Source: Bordetella sp. (GTDB lineage: Bacteria > Pseudomonadota > Gammaproteobacteria > Burkholderiales > Burkholderiaceae_B). From it: a stretch of DNA of 64,000 bases. A program made the translations under genes and the position numbers. Within the stretch, counting starts at the first letter, position 1. The number at the start of each line of letters is the position of its first letter. Below the pieces are notes generated by a model. The model ran no database searches, was not told the origin of the DNA, and saw nothing but the letters and a program-made list of their open reading frames with translations. Shown here piece after piece: positions 42,804 through 54,495 of the stretch. The stretch lies in contig CP063810.1 of the NCBI GenBank assembly GCA_022818765.1, positions 263,533 through 327,532 of the forward strand. Reading direction: 5' to 3'.

Positions 42804-45568
42804 TTATAAATAACGTGTAACTTCTTTAATTGCAAAAATTTCTAATTGGTCTCCAGAGAATACATCAATATTCCCTCGAAGCATTATTCCACAATCAAAG
42901 CCAGATTTTACCTCTTTTACATCATCTTTAAAACGACGCAGAGAAGCAATCTCACCTGTCCATTTTACTACATTATTTCGAAGTAATCTGACTTGTGAAT
43001 CACGTCTTACCAAACCATTTAAGACCATACATCCACCGACATTTCCAATCTTAGGAATATTATAAACTTCACGAATTTCTACTAAACCAATAACTTCTTC
43101 GCGTTTTTCAGGGCTTAATAATCCAGCCATAGCTGATTTAATATCATCAATAACATCATAAATAATATTATAATAGCGTAAATCAACATTATTGACTTCT
43201 ACTATCTTCTTAGTATTTATCTCAGCTCTTACATTAAAACCTACAATTACAGCATGAGAAGCAATCGCAAGATTTATATCATTCTCTGAAATTCCCCCAA
43301 CTGCGGCATGTATTATTTGCACACGAACCTGATCAGTTGATAATTTAGTTAAAGAAGAGATTAGAGCTTCTTGAGATCCCTGAACATCTGTTTTAATAAT
43401 AAGTTTAAGAATTTTACTATCATACTTGGAATGATCATCCATGATTTCTAGCATGGACTGCATATTAGCTTCTCTTTGCCGAGCAAGTTTTACATCACGA
43501 TATTTACCTTGACGAAATAAAGCAATTTCTCTAGCTTTTTTCTCATCTTTTAAAGAAATTAATTCATCACCAGCTACTGGAACATCATTTAAACCTTGTA
43601 TTTCTACAGGAATTGATGGTCCTACACTTTGAACAGAATTTCCATGTTCGTCTAGCATCGCACGAACACGACCAAAACTAGATCCTGCTAACACAATATC
43701 TGCAAGTCGTAAAGTCCCACTTTTTATTAATACTGTAGCAACAGGTCCTCTTCCTCTATTTAATCTTGACTCTATAACTAAACCTCTTGCATTAGTAGAT
43801 AATGGAGCTTTTAATTCAAGCATTTCAGATTGCAACAAAATATTTTCTAAAAGATTATCTATACCTTCTCCTGTTTTTGCTGATACAGGTATAATTGAAA
43901 CATCCCCTCCATATTCTTCAGACACAACCTCTTCAGCAAGTAACTCTTGCTTTATTTTCTCTATATTTGCTTCAATTTTATCTATTTTTGTAATAGCAAC
44001 TACAATTGGAACCTCAGCTGCTTTTGCATGATGAATAGCTTCACGTGTTTGTAACATTACAGAATCATCTGCAGCTATAACCAAAACAACAATATCAGTC
44101 GCTTTAGCTCCACGAGCCCGCATAGCAGTAAAGGCTTCATGACCTGGTGTATCTAAAAAGGTAATCGAACCGTTATCTGTTTGAACATTATAAGCCCCTA
44201 TATGTTGAGTAATACCTCCAGCCTCATTGATTGCAATTTTTGCTCGTCGAATATAATCCAGAAGAGAAGTTTTTCCATGATCGACATGGCCCATAACAGT
44301 TACAACAGGCGCTCGATGAAACGAATCTTTTTCTTTATCAAAATTAATTTGCTCATCTAAAAAAGACTCAGGATCATCTAATTTAGATGGAATGGCAACA
44401 TGACCAAATTCTTCTATAACAATCATTGCTGTTTCTTGATCAAGAATCTGATTAATTGTAACCATTTGACCTAATTTCATTAGCTGCATAATAACTTCAG
44501 CTGCTTTGATAGACATTTTATGAGCAATGTCTGCAACACTTATAGTTTCAGGAATATATATTTTCCGAGAAATAAAATCCTGTACTTTTGATTCATTTCG
44601 ATCATTGTTAGTTTTTTGATTTCGATTGCTGCGTTGATTTTTTCCTGTTTTTAATTTCTCAGAACGATTAGAAATTATATGTTCTTTTCCATGACTTTTT
44701 TTGTTCACTACACTATTTCTAGTAAATGTTTTTCAATGATCTTAATATTTTTAGGAACTACAGATGATCGCTTTTCTTCTTTTTTTTCAATTATTTTATC
44801 CTGATTATTCTTTCGAGGTGATTTATTAATTAAGCTTTTTGAAACTATTTCTTTTTTAGAAATCGTTGATTCTTTTTTCGGTTGATTTAACATGTCCATC
44901 AAAGCTTTAGATTGCTGCTGAGTTGCATCTCTTGATTTAGAATATTTTACATTAAGACTTTTATTTTCTTGTTCATCAAAAGACGAAATTGCTGTTTTAG
45001 AATGAAAATCTGATTTTTCCAAGTTATTTTTTGCAGAATCTATAGGATTGCTAACTTTCATATTAATGCTTTCTTCTTTTTTGTCTGTTGATTCTGAATC
45101 ACTAATATTATCTTTTTCTTGTTTTAAATTCAGCATTTCTGCTTTTTTCTGATTTTGTGAGGATTTTTCCAAATGATCTTGTAAATTTACAGTCTTAAAA
45201 TCTTCTGAAATAGGAACTGCACTATCTACTATATTTTCAATATTTTTTGATTGAAACTCTGAAAAATCTCTCTTAACAAAAGTTCTTTTTTTTCTAATTT
45301 CTATTTGAATAGTTCGAGATCGTCCTAAAGAATCAGCTTGCCGGATCTGAGAAGTTTCTCGTCGAGTTAGAGTGATCTTTTTTCGATTATTAGATTCCCC
45401 ATATGAACTACGTAAAGACCCAAGCAATTTTGACTTATCATTTTCAGTGAGAGAATCATTTACAGATTTAACATCTACCCCAGCTGATCGAAGCTGTTCT
45501 AATAACACATTAGAAGGAATATTCAATTCAAGAGCCAACTGGGTAACTGTACTGCTTAATATTAGCAT
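42804..45568 (-). pseudogene. infB: translation initiation factor IF-2, split into a 286-aa N-terminal ORF and a 634-aa core ORF
   Basis: The upstream ORF has the IF2 N-domain (TVTQLA.EL......LLEQL..AG) and a K/E/S-rich linker. The downstream ORF has the IF2 core ([34 protein letters not shown]) through the C-terminus. The frames differ by one nt. The junction window is 44708-44740 and includes a T5/A5 run at 44729-44733. Confidence 0.85.
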
Positions 45569-45607
45569 ATCTTTCCTGCGCTATAGAATCCGTGATTTAT
45601 TTAAGGG

Positions 45608-47089
45608 TTACAAGTCTTTTTCAAACCAGTGAGCCCGAGCAAGTGTAATAATTTCTGCTGCTTTTTCTTTAGTCAGACCTGTAATTTCTATTACTTCATC
45701 TACTGAAAGTTCTGCAAGATCATTCCTTGTTAAAATATTTTTCTCAACAAGTAGAATTGCTAGATTTGGTGTTATGAAATCTAATTCAAGCAAATCATGA
45801 GCTAATTTTAGATGTTCTTCTTTCGCAATTGCTTCAGTTAAAAGAATATTGCGTGCGCGCGCTCGTAATTCAGTTACAAATTTTTCATCAAATGATTGGA
45901 TCTCTAGCAATTCCTGAATAGGAATATATGCAATTTCTTCAATTCCAGTAAATCCTTTATCAATTAAAATATTTGCAATTTCATCATCAATATCAAGGTT
46001 TTTAGTAAAAATATTTCTTAGTTCAATGCGTTCTGTTTCCTGTCTATTTACGCTTTCCTCCGGACTCATGATATTTATTTGCCATCCAGTTAACTCAGAA
46101 GCTAATCTTACATTCTGTCCTTTGGTACCTATTGCTTTTGGCAAATTGTCTTCATCAACAACAACTATCATAGAATGATTATCTTCATCAACAACTATGG
46201 ATTCTATATTAGCAGGAGCTAAAGCGTTAATTACAAATTGTGCTGGATCCTCTGACCAGAGAATAATATCAATCTGTTCACCACCCAATTCATTCCGAAC
46301 TGCTGTAACACGTGATCCTCTCATTCCGACACAAGTACCAATTGGATCAATTCGCTTATCATATGCAACAACTGACATTTTTGCACGAATACCAGGATCA
46401 CGTGCAGCCCCTTTAATTTCTAATATGCCTTGTTCAATCTCTGGAACTTCATTCTCAAATAAAAACCGAATAAATTCAGGAGACGTACGAGATAAAATAA
46501 CCTGTTGTCCTCTAGCTATATGATCAACACGGAGAACAAAAGCACGAATACGATCTGCCATTCTTATATTTTCTTTTGGCATCATTTCTGATTTGGGTAA
46601 TCTGGCTTCTATTTTTCCGATTTCTACAATTGCATCACCCTTATCCATTCTTTTAACTGTTCCTGATACAATGGTTTCCCCACGTTCAAGAAACTCATTA
46701 AGCAACTGCTCACGCTCAGCATCTCGCATTCGTTGGAGTATAGTTTGTTTTGCTGTTTGTGCACCAATACGCCCAAATGATATATTTTCCAATCGCTTTT
46801 CTATGTATTCCCCAACTTTAATATCTTGGCAAATTTCTCGAGCATCTGATAACATTTCCTGACTATCTGGTTGATCTAATCCATTTTCATCAGGTACAAC
46901 CAACCATCTCCTAAAGCTTTCATAATCTCCTGTATTTCGATTAATACAGACGCGAATCTCCGCTTCATCATTGAAGCGTTTTTTTATTGCCGAAGCAAGA
47001 GCGCTTTCTAATGCATTAAAAACAACTTCACGGACAACATTTTTTTCTCGTCCTAGAGCATCAACCAATAGAAGAATTTCACGACTCAT
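45608..47089 (-). CDS. nusA: transcription termination/antitermination factor NusA
   Basis: 493 aa. MSREILL.VDAL..EK N-terminus, S1 and KH domains, C-terminal acidic repeats. Confidence 0.9.
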   Translation of the reverse strand: MSREILLLVDALGREKNVVREVVFNALESALASAIKKRFNDEAEIRVCINRNTGDYESFRRWLVVPDENGLDQPDSQEMLSDAREICQDIKVGEYIEKRLENISFGRIGAQTAKQTILQRMRDAEREQLLNEFLERGETIVSGTVKRMDKGDAIVEIGKIEARLPKSEMMPKENIRMADRIRAFVLRVDHIARGQQVILSRTSPEFIRFLFENEVPEIEQGILEIKGAARDPGIRAKMSVVAYDKRIDPIGTCVGMRGSRVTAVRNELGGEQIDIILWSEDPAQFVINALAPANIESIVVDEDNHSMIVVVDEDNLPKAIGTKGQNVRLASELTGWQINIMSPEESVNRQETERIELRNIFTKNLDIDDEIANILIDKGFTGIEEIAYIPIQELLEIQSFDEKFVTELRARARNILLTEAIAKEEHLKLAHDLLELDFITPNLAILLVEKNILTRNDLAELSVDEVIEITGLTKEKAAEIITLARAHWFEKDL

Positions 47090-47592
47090 CTATTTTTTCC
47101 CTTAAAATTGAGAATAGGATCCAATTTTGCATGGTCAATTTTATCAATTGTAAATTCCATAATTTGAATACTACCTTTTTTTCCCGTAATATGGAGACAA
47201 AATTTTGGCTTTGTATTTTCACACACTTGACCACTTTCATTATATGAAAAATTATCCATTCGTTGAATAATTCCAGAAAATTCCTTTTTACCATCAATAG
47301 CTTGATTCAAACTAATTTTTATGCGTCTACCTAAAGCATTAAGAAAATCTGATGTATTTCGGAGTGGCCTATCAATACCTGGAGAGGTAACTTCAAAAGA
47401 TTTAAAATCAATATTTTCTACCTGAAGTACGCGTGATAATTGTCGATTTATTTTCTCACAATCTTCGATTGTTACACCACCAATCCTATCGATAGTTACT
47501 TGCAAAAGACCAGAAATAGCATATTCCACATTAACAACATTTATTCCTGTTCCGTATAACGCTTCACTAATCAATGAGAATAAATCATTCAT
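47086..47592 (-). CDS. rimP: ribosome maturation factor RimP
   Basis: 168 aa. Immediately upstream of nusA and overlapping it by 4 nt. [11 protein letters not shown]-type motif ([12 protein letters not shown]). Confidence 0.85.
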   Translation of the reverse strand: MNDLFSLISEALYGTGINVVNVEYAISGLLQVTIDRIGGVTIEDCEKINRQLSRVLQVENIDFKSFEVTSPGIDRPLRNTSDFLNALGRRIKISLNQAIDGKKEFSGIIQRMDNFSYNESGQVCENTKPKFCLHITGKKGSIQIMEFTIDKIDHAKLDPILNFKGKNR

Positions 47593-47728
47593 GCAAAAAA
47601 TTTAAAGAAAGAGTTTAATTATAAATACAATGTTAGGAAATTTCAATTCTCTCAATTCTAGCAGAGAATTGAGAGAATTGTTTAACTAATAAACATTATA
47701 TATATGGTATTTACTATTAGGTAATTCA

Positions 47729-49485
47729 TCATTTATGATCATTTTTCCAAAATCCTAAATGAGATTCATGAGCCGAAGCACTGCTTGGCTGTTTATCATC
47801 ATTTGAAAATTTTCTATGTTTACTCGGAATATTATTTATATTCTTTTTTCCTGTTAAGTTAGATTTTGGAACAACTCTTTTTATTTGTTTTATTTTCGAA
47901 TTATTTGTATGATGAGTTGCTAATTGTTTTGTAGATTTAATGGATAAAGATGAAGCAGGAACTTGAAATTGTTCTTCAGAATTTTTGTTATCAACAACGT
48001 TGGATACATTTACATTGCTTATATTTTTTGAGTTATTTTCTTGAAATTCAGTTTTAGTAGTTAAATTTTTTCTTGAATTAGAAGATCTTACTCTCCGAAA
48101 GTCATCTCGAATCAGTTGAGGTCTTCTCATATCATATCTCAGATTTTTTTTTCGCCCTTTATTATCATTTATTGCTAATGGATGTCCATTAGCATAACCT
48201 CCGTTTACCATTAAACCTGTTTTAGAAAATTTCTGTTGATGATAATCGTTTGATATGCTAAAGCGAGAAAATGAAGTTTGACGAGAATTTCGGATTACAC
48301 CTGTTCTGCTCAGTTTAGCTCCATTCATACCATTATTTTCTATAGTACCAAAGCCAGGAGGCAAAGCACTATCATGAGAAATAGGTTGTTTTGAATATTT
48401 CCTATTTCCGCTCAGATTAGTTTCTGTATTTTTACTAGATTTTAACAAACCTAATTGTGTCATTAAAGCAATTACTATATTTTCATTTAATTCAGTCCAT
48501 CTCCCCTTCGAAGACCACGGGGTAAAGTAATATTACCAAAACGAGTACATATTAAGCGATTTATTTTACAACCTATAATCTCAAAGATACGATTTATATC
48601 TCTATATTTACTCTCATGTAAGACTAATTTATACCATTGATTAGCACCATCTCCACCAACATAATCAAAAGAAGTTATAGAAATTGTCTTTTCTTGGCCG
48701 ATATTTACATCTTTTTCGATCAATAATTTATATTTTTCATCGTTTACTTCTCCTAAAATACGAACAAAGCATTCTCGTTCAGTTTTATATCTAGGATGAA
48801 CAATACGATTAACTAAATCTCCCGAAGTCGTAAATATCAATAGTCCCTCTGTATTAATATCTATTGCATTAACAGGATTCCATTTTCCATTTCGCAATTT
48901 TGGTAAACGAGAAAAAATATTATCGGTTTCATTTAAATTTTTTTGATCAATAGACTCACCTGAAATCTTGTGATAGATAATAATTCGTGGAATCTTTATT
49001 ATTTTGTTTCGATTAATCGGTCTTCCATTCACTTTGACTAAATCTTTTTGACCAATTCTTTGTCCAATATGAGCAGGCTCTCCATTAACGGAGACTCTGC
49101 CTGAAATAATCAAATCTTCCATATCACGACGTGATCCTATACCAGACTCAGCAAGGATTTTATGTAATTTTGGTAAAATTTCTTCATTATTTAAATATTT
49201 TTTTAAACGTTGAGCTGTTCTATCAGAAGTTTCTAAAAAAGAAAAAATTTTCTCTTCATCAGAAGAATATTCAATAGCTGGTACAGATAACGAATTTTCC
49301 TGATATCTACTACTATTAGATTCATATTCATTAGTGAATGCGTCTCCACGACGTCGCCTAAATGGCGTACGAAGTTTTCTTCCTCGACTGCGGCTTAAAG
49401 AATCCTCAATTGGTTTTAGATAAGATAAAACAGGTTTTTTTTCATTTTGTAAGGATTTGTTTTTCTGAACAACTTTAGTTATCAC
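47729..49485 (-). pseudogene. rluB: 23S rRNA pseudouridine(2605) synthase RluB, frameshifted in a G4 run (C4 at 48503-48506 on + strand)
   Basis: ORF1 has the S4 domain (LHKILAESGIGSRRDMEDLI..GRV.VNG) and a RsuA/RluB catalytic core, and ends at LRRGDGLN*. One extra G gives LRRGRWTELNENIVIALMTQLGL, which runs into the 244-aa basic low-complexity tail ORF. Confidence 0.8.
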
Positions 49486-49576
49486 GGATACCGCTCCGAA
49501 TTTATATGCGCTATAAAGCTTTTGATAGAGAAATTTGAATCCTGTAGAGCAACAAGATTTTATAAGTATGAAATAC

Positions 49577-49600
49577 TGTTCACAATGAAAATTGTGAACA
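49577..49600. repeat. perfect 10-bp stem with GAAA/TTTC tetraloop (TGTTCACAAT-GAAA-ATTGTGAACA)
   Basis: Read directly. Lies about 90 nt upstream of the rluB GTG start and downstream of tRNA-Asn on the minus strand. No adjacent U-run. Confidence 0.7.
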
Positions 49601-49983
49601 TAAAATATCTACCTTTTCTCTGCTCTAAAAATTATTAAAAACTTAAATAACTTAAACTGATATTTCATGCAGAATGAATATGTTAAGTTTAATCTAATAT
49701 ATTATTAATATATCTAAAAATGCCGAATTTTCAAAACTAGAAAGAAAAGAATTACTTAAATAATTTCAAATATAATTCTCTTTCTAAGATTGTAATAATT
49801 CGAGTCTAGATTATCTAAAAAAGAAAAAATAGTAGAATCGAAAAGACTGAAGAATGAATTATTTATTTAGAAATTTACAATTTCTGAAAAGATCCATACA
49901 ATTCCTGTAAATCAATATGATTTTACATAAAAGGAGAACAACTTAAAAAAGATTTAAATGAATATTTAATCCTTTTAGATAAT

Positions 49984-50059
49984 TGGCTCCCCGAGCTGGG
50001 CTCGAACCAGCGACCCGCGGATTAACAGTCCGTTGCTCTACCAACTGAGCTATCAGGGA
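49984..50059 (-). tRNA. tRNA-Asn (anticodon GUU), CCA encoded
   Basis: Reverse complement TCCCTGATAGCTCAGTTGGTAGAGCAACGGACTGTTAATCCG...GGTTCGAGCCC...GGGGAGCCA. Anticodon loop CTGTTAA. Confidence 0.9.
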
Positions 50060-50294
50060 TAATTATGTAAACTTACACAGGAAGAATTCTGACGCAAAAA
50101 CTATTTTCTTGCAAGTTTTTATATAAAGGAAAGGGAAGATTCATCCATCTAAGAATTTTATTACTTTTAATCAGTATCTATTTTTATTATTATGTAAATA
50201 AATATTAAATATTTAAAAATTTTACTATTACCAAAAGAATTTGATTCTTCAATTTTTTTGAATTAAAAATAAATTTATTAATTGATGATTTTAT

Positions 50295-50367
50295 GCCGAT
50301 GTAGCTTAGATGGTAGAGCAGCGCTTTCGTAAAGCGAAGGTCAGAGGTTCAAATCCTCTTATCGGCA
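50295..50367 (+). tRNA. tRNA-Thr (anticodon CGU), CCA not encoded
   Basis: GCCGATGTAGCTTAGATGGTAGAGCA, anticodon loop TTCGTAA, T-arm AGAGGTTCAAATCCTCT, acceptor closes as GCCGATG/TATCGGC with discriminator A. Confidence 0.85.
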
Positions 50368-50380
50368 TCATCATTACAAA

Positions 50381-51340
50381 TTAAATTGCAAGTTCTTTAA
50401 TCAAAGGAAAATGGACTGTTTCTTTTAATCCTGGTATTGTTCGAACAGATATAGCTCCTAGTTTCTTTAATTGAACAATCACATTTTTCACTAAAATTTC
50501 TGGTGCTGAGGCACCAGCAGTTATGCCAATCCGTTTGCTATTTAATAACCAAGAAGAGTTAATCTCTGATTCATCATTGATCAAATAAGATTGGATCCCT
50601 TCATTTTTAGCAACTTCACATAATCTATTAGAATTTGAACTATTCTTGCTTCCTATTACAAGAATAAGGTCACATGATTTTGATAATACTTGAACGGCTT
50701 CCTGACGATTTTGAGTAGCATAGCAAATATCGCTATCTTTTTTAGGTCCTAGAATATTTGGAAATTTTTTTCTAAGTAATTTAATAATTAATTCAGAATC
50801 ATTAATTGATAGAGTAGTTTGGGTAACAAAAGATAAATTTTCTGGATTATTTACTTTTAAAGAATTTACATCTTTGAAAGTTTCAACAAAATGTATAATA
50901 CCTTTATCAACTTGTCCTAAAGTACCTTCTACTTCTGGATGATTACGGTGACCGATCATAATGATTTCTCTGCCGATTTTATTTAAACGAATGACTTCTC
51001 TATGTACCTTTGTTACTAAAGGACATGTAGCATCAAAAACTTTTAATTTTCTTTTATAAGCTTCATTTTTAACAGACTGGGAAACTCCATGAGCGGAAAA
51101 AATAACAATTCTTCCTTTTGGGATATCACATATATTGTTAACAAAAACAACCCCTTTGTTTTGTAGGTTTTTAACAACATGTTCATTATGAACAATTTCA
51201 TGTTTGACATAAATAGGATGACCATGAATTTCTAAAATTCTTTCTACTATACTTATAGCCCGATCAACTCCTGCACAAAAACCTCTTGGTTCAGCAAGAA
51301 TAATTTCTGCTTCTAGATATTTAAGATTTTGTTCAAACAT
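50381..51340 (-). CDS. ispH: 4-hydroxy-3-methylbut-2-enyl diphosphate reductase
   Basis: 319 aa. PRGFCAGV, HEIVHN, SAHGV, ATCPLV.KVH, SSNS.RL motifs. Confidence 0.9.
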   Translation of the reverse strand: MFEQNLKYLEAEIILAEPRGFCAGVDRAISIVERILEIHGHPIYVKHEIVHNEHVVKNLQNKGVVFVNNICDIPKGRIVIFSAHGVSQSVKNEAYKRKLKVFDATCPLVTKVHREVIRLNKIGREIIMIGHRNHPEVEGTLGQVDKGIIHFVETFKDVNSLKVNNPENLSFVTQTTLSINDSELIIKLLRKKFPNILGPKKDSDICYATQNRQEAVQVLSKSCDLILVIGSKNSSNSNRLCEVAKNEGIQSYLINDESEINSSWLLNSKRIGITAGASAPEILVKNVIVQLKKLGAISVRTIPGLKETVHFPLIKELAI

Positions 51341-51347
51341 ATGTTGA

Positions 51348-51824
51348 TTAAAGAATTCCTAAAATATAAATTTTCAATCCTAAGATAGATCCAGCTAGAG
51401 GATGATTAAAATCAATTTTTGCGAAGGTTTTATCTAAATCTTTTAAAAGACCAAAACACCGAAAATTATTTCGAATAGACAGTTCTATGTGATCACCAAT
51501 TGAAAATTGATGTTCTTTTCCATAAAATTTTCTTAAATTTGATATAGAAATTTTTTGAATTAAAGATGGGTTAATTTCACCATAAGCATCTTTAGGCATC
51601 AATTCTACTGTGAAATTTTCACCCTCTTGTCTATTTAACAAAGTTTTTTCTAATCCTGGAGACCACTGTCCTGTTCCCATTTGAAAAGTAGTCGGTGAAG
51701 AATTAAAAGTGTTTACTAATATAAAACCCTTTCGGGGTTGTGATAAAGAAGTTATTCTATAATGTAATGTTAAATATGAATTTTCATTAACAAAATTATT
51801 CGCTCTGTTATAAGAATTATTCAA
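51348..51824 (-). CDS. fkpB: FKBP-type peptidyl-prolyl cis-trans isomerase (SlpA/FkpB-like)
   Basis: 158 aa. FNHPLAG motif and position directly upstream of ispH, as in many proteobacteria. Confidence 0.75.
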   Translation of the reverse strand: MNNSYNRANNFVNENSYLTLHYRITSLSQPRKGFILVNTFNSSPTTFQMGTGQWSPGLEKTLLNRQEGENFTVELMPKDAYGEINPSLIQKISISNLRKFYGKEHQFSIGDHIELSIRNNFRCFGLLKDLDKTFAKIDFNHPLAGSILGLKIYILGIL

Positions 51825-52053
51825 AATTTACTCATCCCTTTTTATTTACAAAACTTTTTGATAATCAATAATCATTCTAAATCAATTATTTAAAATGATT
51901 TAAGATAAATAAAGAAAGTTTCTTTAAGAACATTAATATAATAGAAAATTAAAAAATATCTTGCAATATGTTAGAATTTATCCTTTGCTTTATATAATAA
52001 TTTATACAGATCATGGAATGTTGTTCACATTATTAAATTATAAGAGAAATATT

Positions 52054-52308
52054 ATGAAAAAAGGTATTCATCCAAATTATCGTGAAGTTATTTTCCTTGA
52101 TGTTCAAACAGGGAAAAAATTTATTACAAGATCAACAGTTCAAACTGAAGAAAAAATAGAGTTTAATGAAAAAACTTACCCACTTTTTAAATGTGATGTA
52201 ACTTCTGAATCACATCCTTTTTACACTGGTGCTCAGACTAGAGTAGTTGAGGCTGGTCGAGTTGAGAAATTTCGAGCTAGATTTGCTAATATAGCAAAAA
52301 TAAACTAA
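52054..52308 (+). CDS. rpmE2: 50S ribosomal protein L31 type B
   Basis: [12 protein letters not shown]..., SHPFYTG, no CxxC zinc motif (type B). ATG at 52054 chosen over the long upstream alternative start. Confidence 0.9.
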   Translation: MKKGIHPNYREVIFLDVQTGKKFITRSTVQTEEKIEFNEKTYPLFKCDVTSESHPFYTGAQTRVVEAGRVEKFRARFANIAKIN

Positions 52309-52319
52309 AAAATATAAAT

Positions 52320-52865
52320 TCAAAATTTAAAAAAATTCTCCCGATAATATTTTAGTTCATTAATAGATTCATAAATATCTTCTAAAGCTTCATGTTTACT
52401 CTGTTTTTCAAAACCTTTATAAATATTAGGAGCCCATCTTTTTGCTAATTCTTTAATAGTGCTAACATCCAAATTCCGATAATGAAAAAATTTTTCTAGA
52501 TTTGGCATATAAGCAGACATAAATTTCCGATCTTGATTAATAGTATTTCCACATAATAGAGACTTACCAATAGTCACATAATTTTTCAAGAAATTTAATA
52601 AAGTTTTTTCAGCTTGAATTTCATTAATTTTTGAAACTTTCACCTTATCAATAAGACCTGTACGCTTATGAACTGATTTATTCCACTTATCCATTGAATC
52701 CAACAAAGAATCATTCTGATGCAATACTTGTACAGGACCTTCAGAAATTACATTAAGATCATTATCTGTAATAACAATTGCTATTTCAATAATGCGTTCT
52801 ATCTTTGGATTTAAACCCGTCATTTCCATATCAACCCAAATCAGATTCTGTTGATCTTTAATCAT
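52320..52865 (-). CDS. orn: oligoribonuclease
   Basis: 181 aa. [15 protein letters not shown] exonuclease motif, H....D near the C-terminus. Confidence 0.9.
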   Translation of the reverse strand: MIKDQQNLIWVDMEMTGLNPKIERIIEIAIVITDNDLNVISEGPVQVLHQNDSLLDSMDKWNKSVHKRTGLIDKVKVSKINEIQAEKTLLNFLKNYVTIGKSLLCGNTINQDRKFMSAYMPNLEKFFHYRNLDVSTIKELAKRWAPNIYKGFEKQSKHEALEDIYESINELKYYRENFFKF

Positions 52866-52900
52866 ATTTTTACCTTCGATTTTTAATATTTATATTTTTA

Positions 52901-53924
52901 TTGATATGTAACCTTGAAAAATTTCACTCTTATTTTTATTTTATGCCTTTTGATAAGTTTATGTTTTCATATATCAATGCCCTTGATATATATAAAAAAT
53001 ATTTTCAGTATGAAGAAAAAATTGTAAATAAATCTATTCTTTCAAATTTCATAGATAAATATGAAATAGATATTGCAAAAAAATTTTATGAGATATTTAT
53101 TGTTGTAATCATGACTTTAATTGGAGGATTACAAGCTATAAATCAATATTTTGAAGCTGATCATTGTAATGGTTTTCTAAAACAAATTCTGATTTTGGTG
53201 TTTTTTAGTCTCTTATTAAAAATATTTGACATACTGTTTATTTTTTTCTCTAAATTTATAATTAATATTTATAATTCCTTTAACAAAATTGAATTAACAC
53301 TATTAAAAATTTTAACTTTTTTATCCTTTGTAATGGAAGTTTTTTTATATTTTTTACTGCTTTATTTAAAATCTAACATTGGGAAATATTGGTGGTTATG
53401 GTTTTTTTGTATTGTGAATATACAGAATATTATTCTTTTATTGTTTTTCATTTTAGGAACCAAATTTATTTTTTAATAGAAAAAAAATCTTTTTATAGAA
53501 AATTTTGTTATGCGTTACTAACGATTAACATTATTTTGGAAAATCCTTGGATGTTTTATCGAATTAATTTAATAGATTTTTATATTCTTAGAAAGAATAA
53601 CCTTTTTTTTAAAAAAATTTTTGTAAATTATCTTTAAATAGTTCAAAAAAAATTACGAATATTAAATTTTTTTATTTTATAAAAAACATTTTTCTTAAAA
53701 AATTAATATTTAACTTAATTGAAGTATGTATTTGTATAGTTACAATAGAGTTTTTATCAAAAAAAATTTGGTTTTATGAAGGATTGGGAATTTTTCCAAA
53801 AATAAATGGTACAAATTACGAAATAACATTAACTATATTAATAGTTGTAATATTACCTTTATTTTCATCTTTATTTTACCAAATAAAGAGTATATTATTT
53901 CTTAAAAATAAAGGTAAAAACTAA
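52901..53924 (+). pseudogene. heavily eroded relic, tentatively of a Ste24-type M48 membrane metallopeptidase
   Basis: The 191-aa ORF is TM-rich with TLIGGLQA and GKYWWLW motifs that I associate with the N-terminal membrane domain of M48/Ste24 peptidases. No HExxH appears in any downstream frame. The remaining 450 bp has only short broken frames, including ...KIWFYEGLGIFPK...ILPLFSSLF... ending at 53924. Confidence 0.35.
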
Positions 53925-53927
53925 TAA

Positions 53928-54302
53928 CTAAGCAACTCTTTTATTAAGTATTTTTTCTTTTATTCTAGCTGATTTACCTGATTTGAAACGTAAATAATAC
54001 AGTTTTGCTCTACAAACAAGACCTCGACGCTTAATTTCTATATTGGATATCTGAGGAGAATAAAGTTGGAATGTCCGTTCTATAGATTCACCTGATGAAA
54101 TTCTACGAACTATGAATGAAGAATTCAATCCTTTATTACGTTTTGCAATCACAACACCTTCATAAGCTTGTAATCTTTTTCTATTTCCTTCAATAACATT
54201 GACATTTACAATAACCGTATCACCAGGAGAAAATGAAGGAACTTGTTTTCCTTTCATAATTCTAGCAATTTCTTCTTGTTCCAACTCGGATATGAGGTTC
54301 AT
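53928..54302 (-). CDS. rplS: 50S ribosomal protein L19
   Basis: 124 aa. MNLI..LEQEE....VP.F.PGDTV.V.V.V.EG.R.R.Q.YEGVVIA is the canonical L19. Confidence 0.9.
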   Translation of the reverse strand: MNLISELEQEEIARIMKGKQVPSFSPGDTVIVNVNVIEGNRKRLQAYEGVVIAKRNKGLNSSFIVRRISSGESIERTFQLYSPQISNIEIKRRGLVCRAKLYYLRFKSGKSARIKEKILNKRVA

Positions 54303-54495
54303 TCGGATACCTAATTAGCACATCAAATCAAATAGTTAAAAAACATTTAAAACAAAAAAAATTTTCCTTGCTTTAAATTCAGTTGGGAATTATAAGTAAA
54401 ATAAATCTTTTCTTCAATTAAAGTTTTAATACAAAAAATCATTTCCTTAAAAAGAAAAAAATCACAAGACTAAATATACATGATTTAATTTCAAA

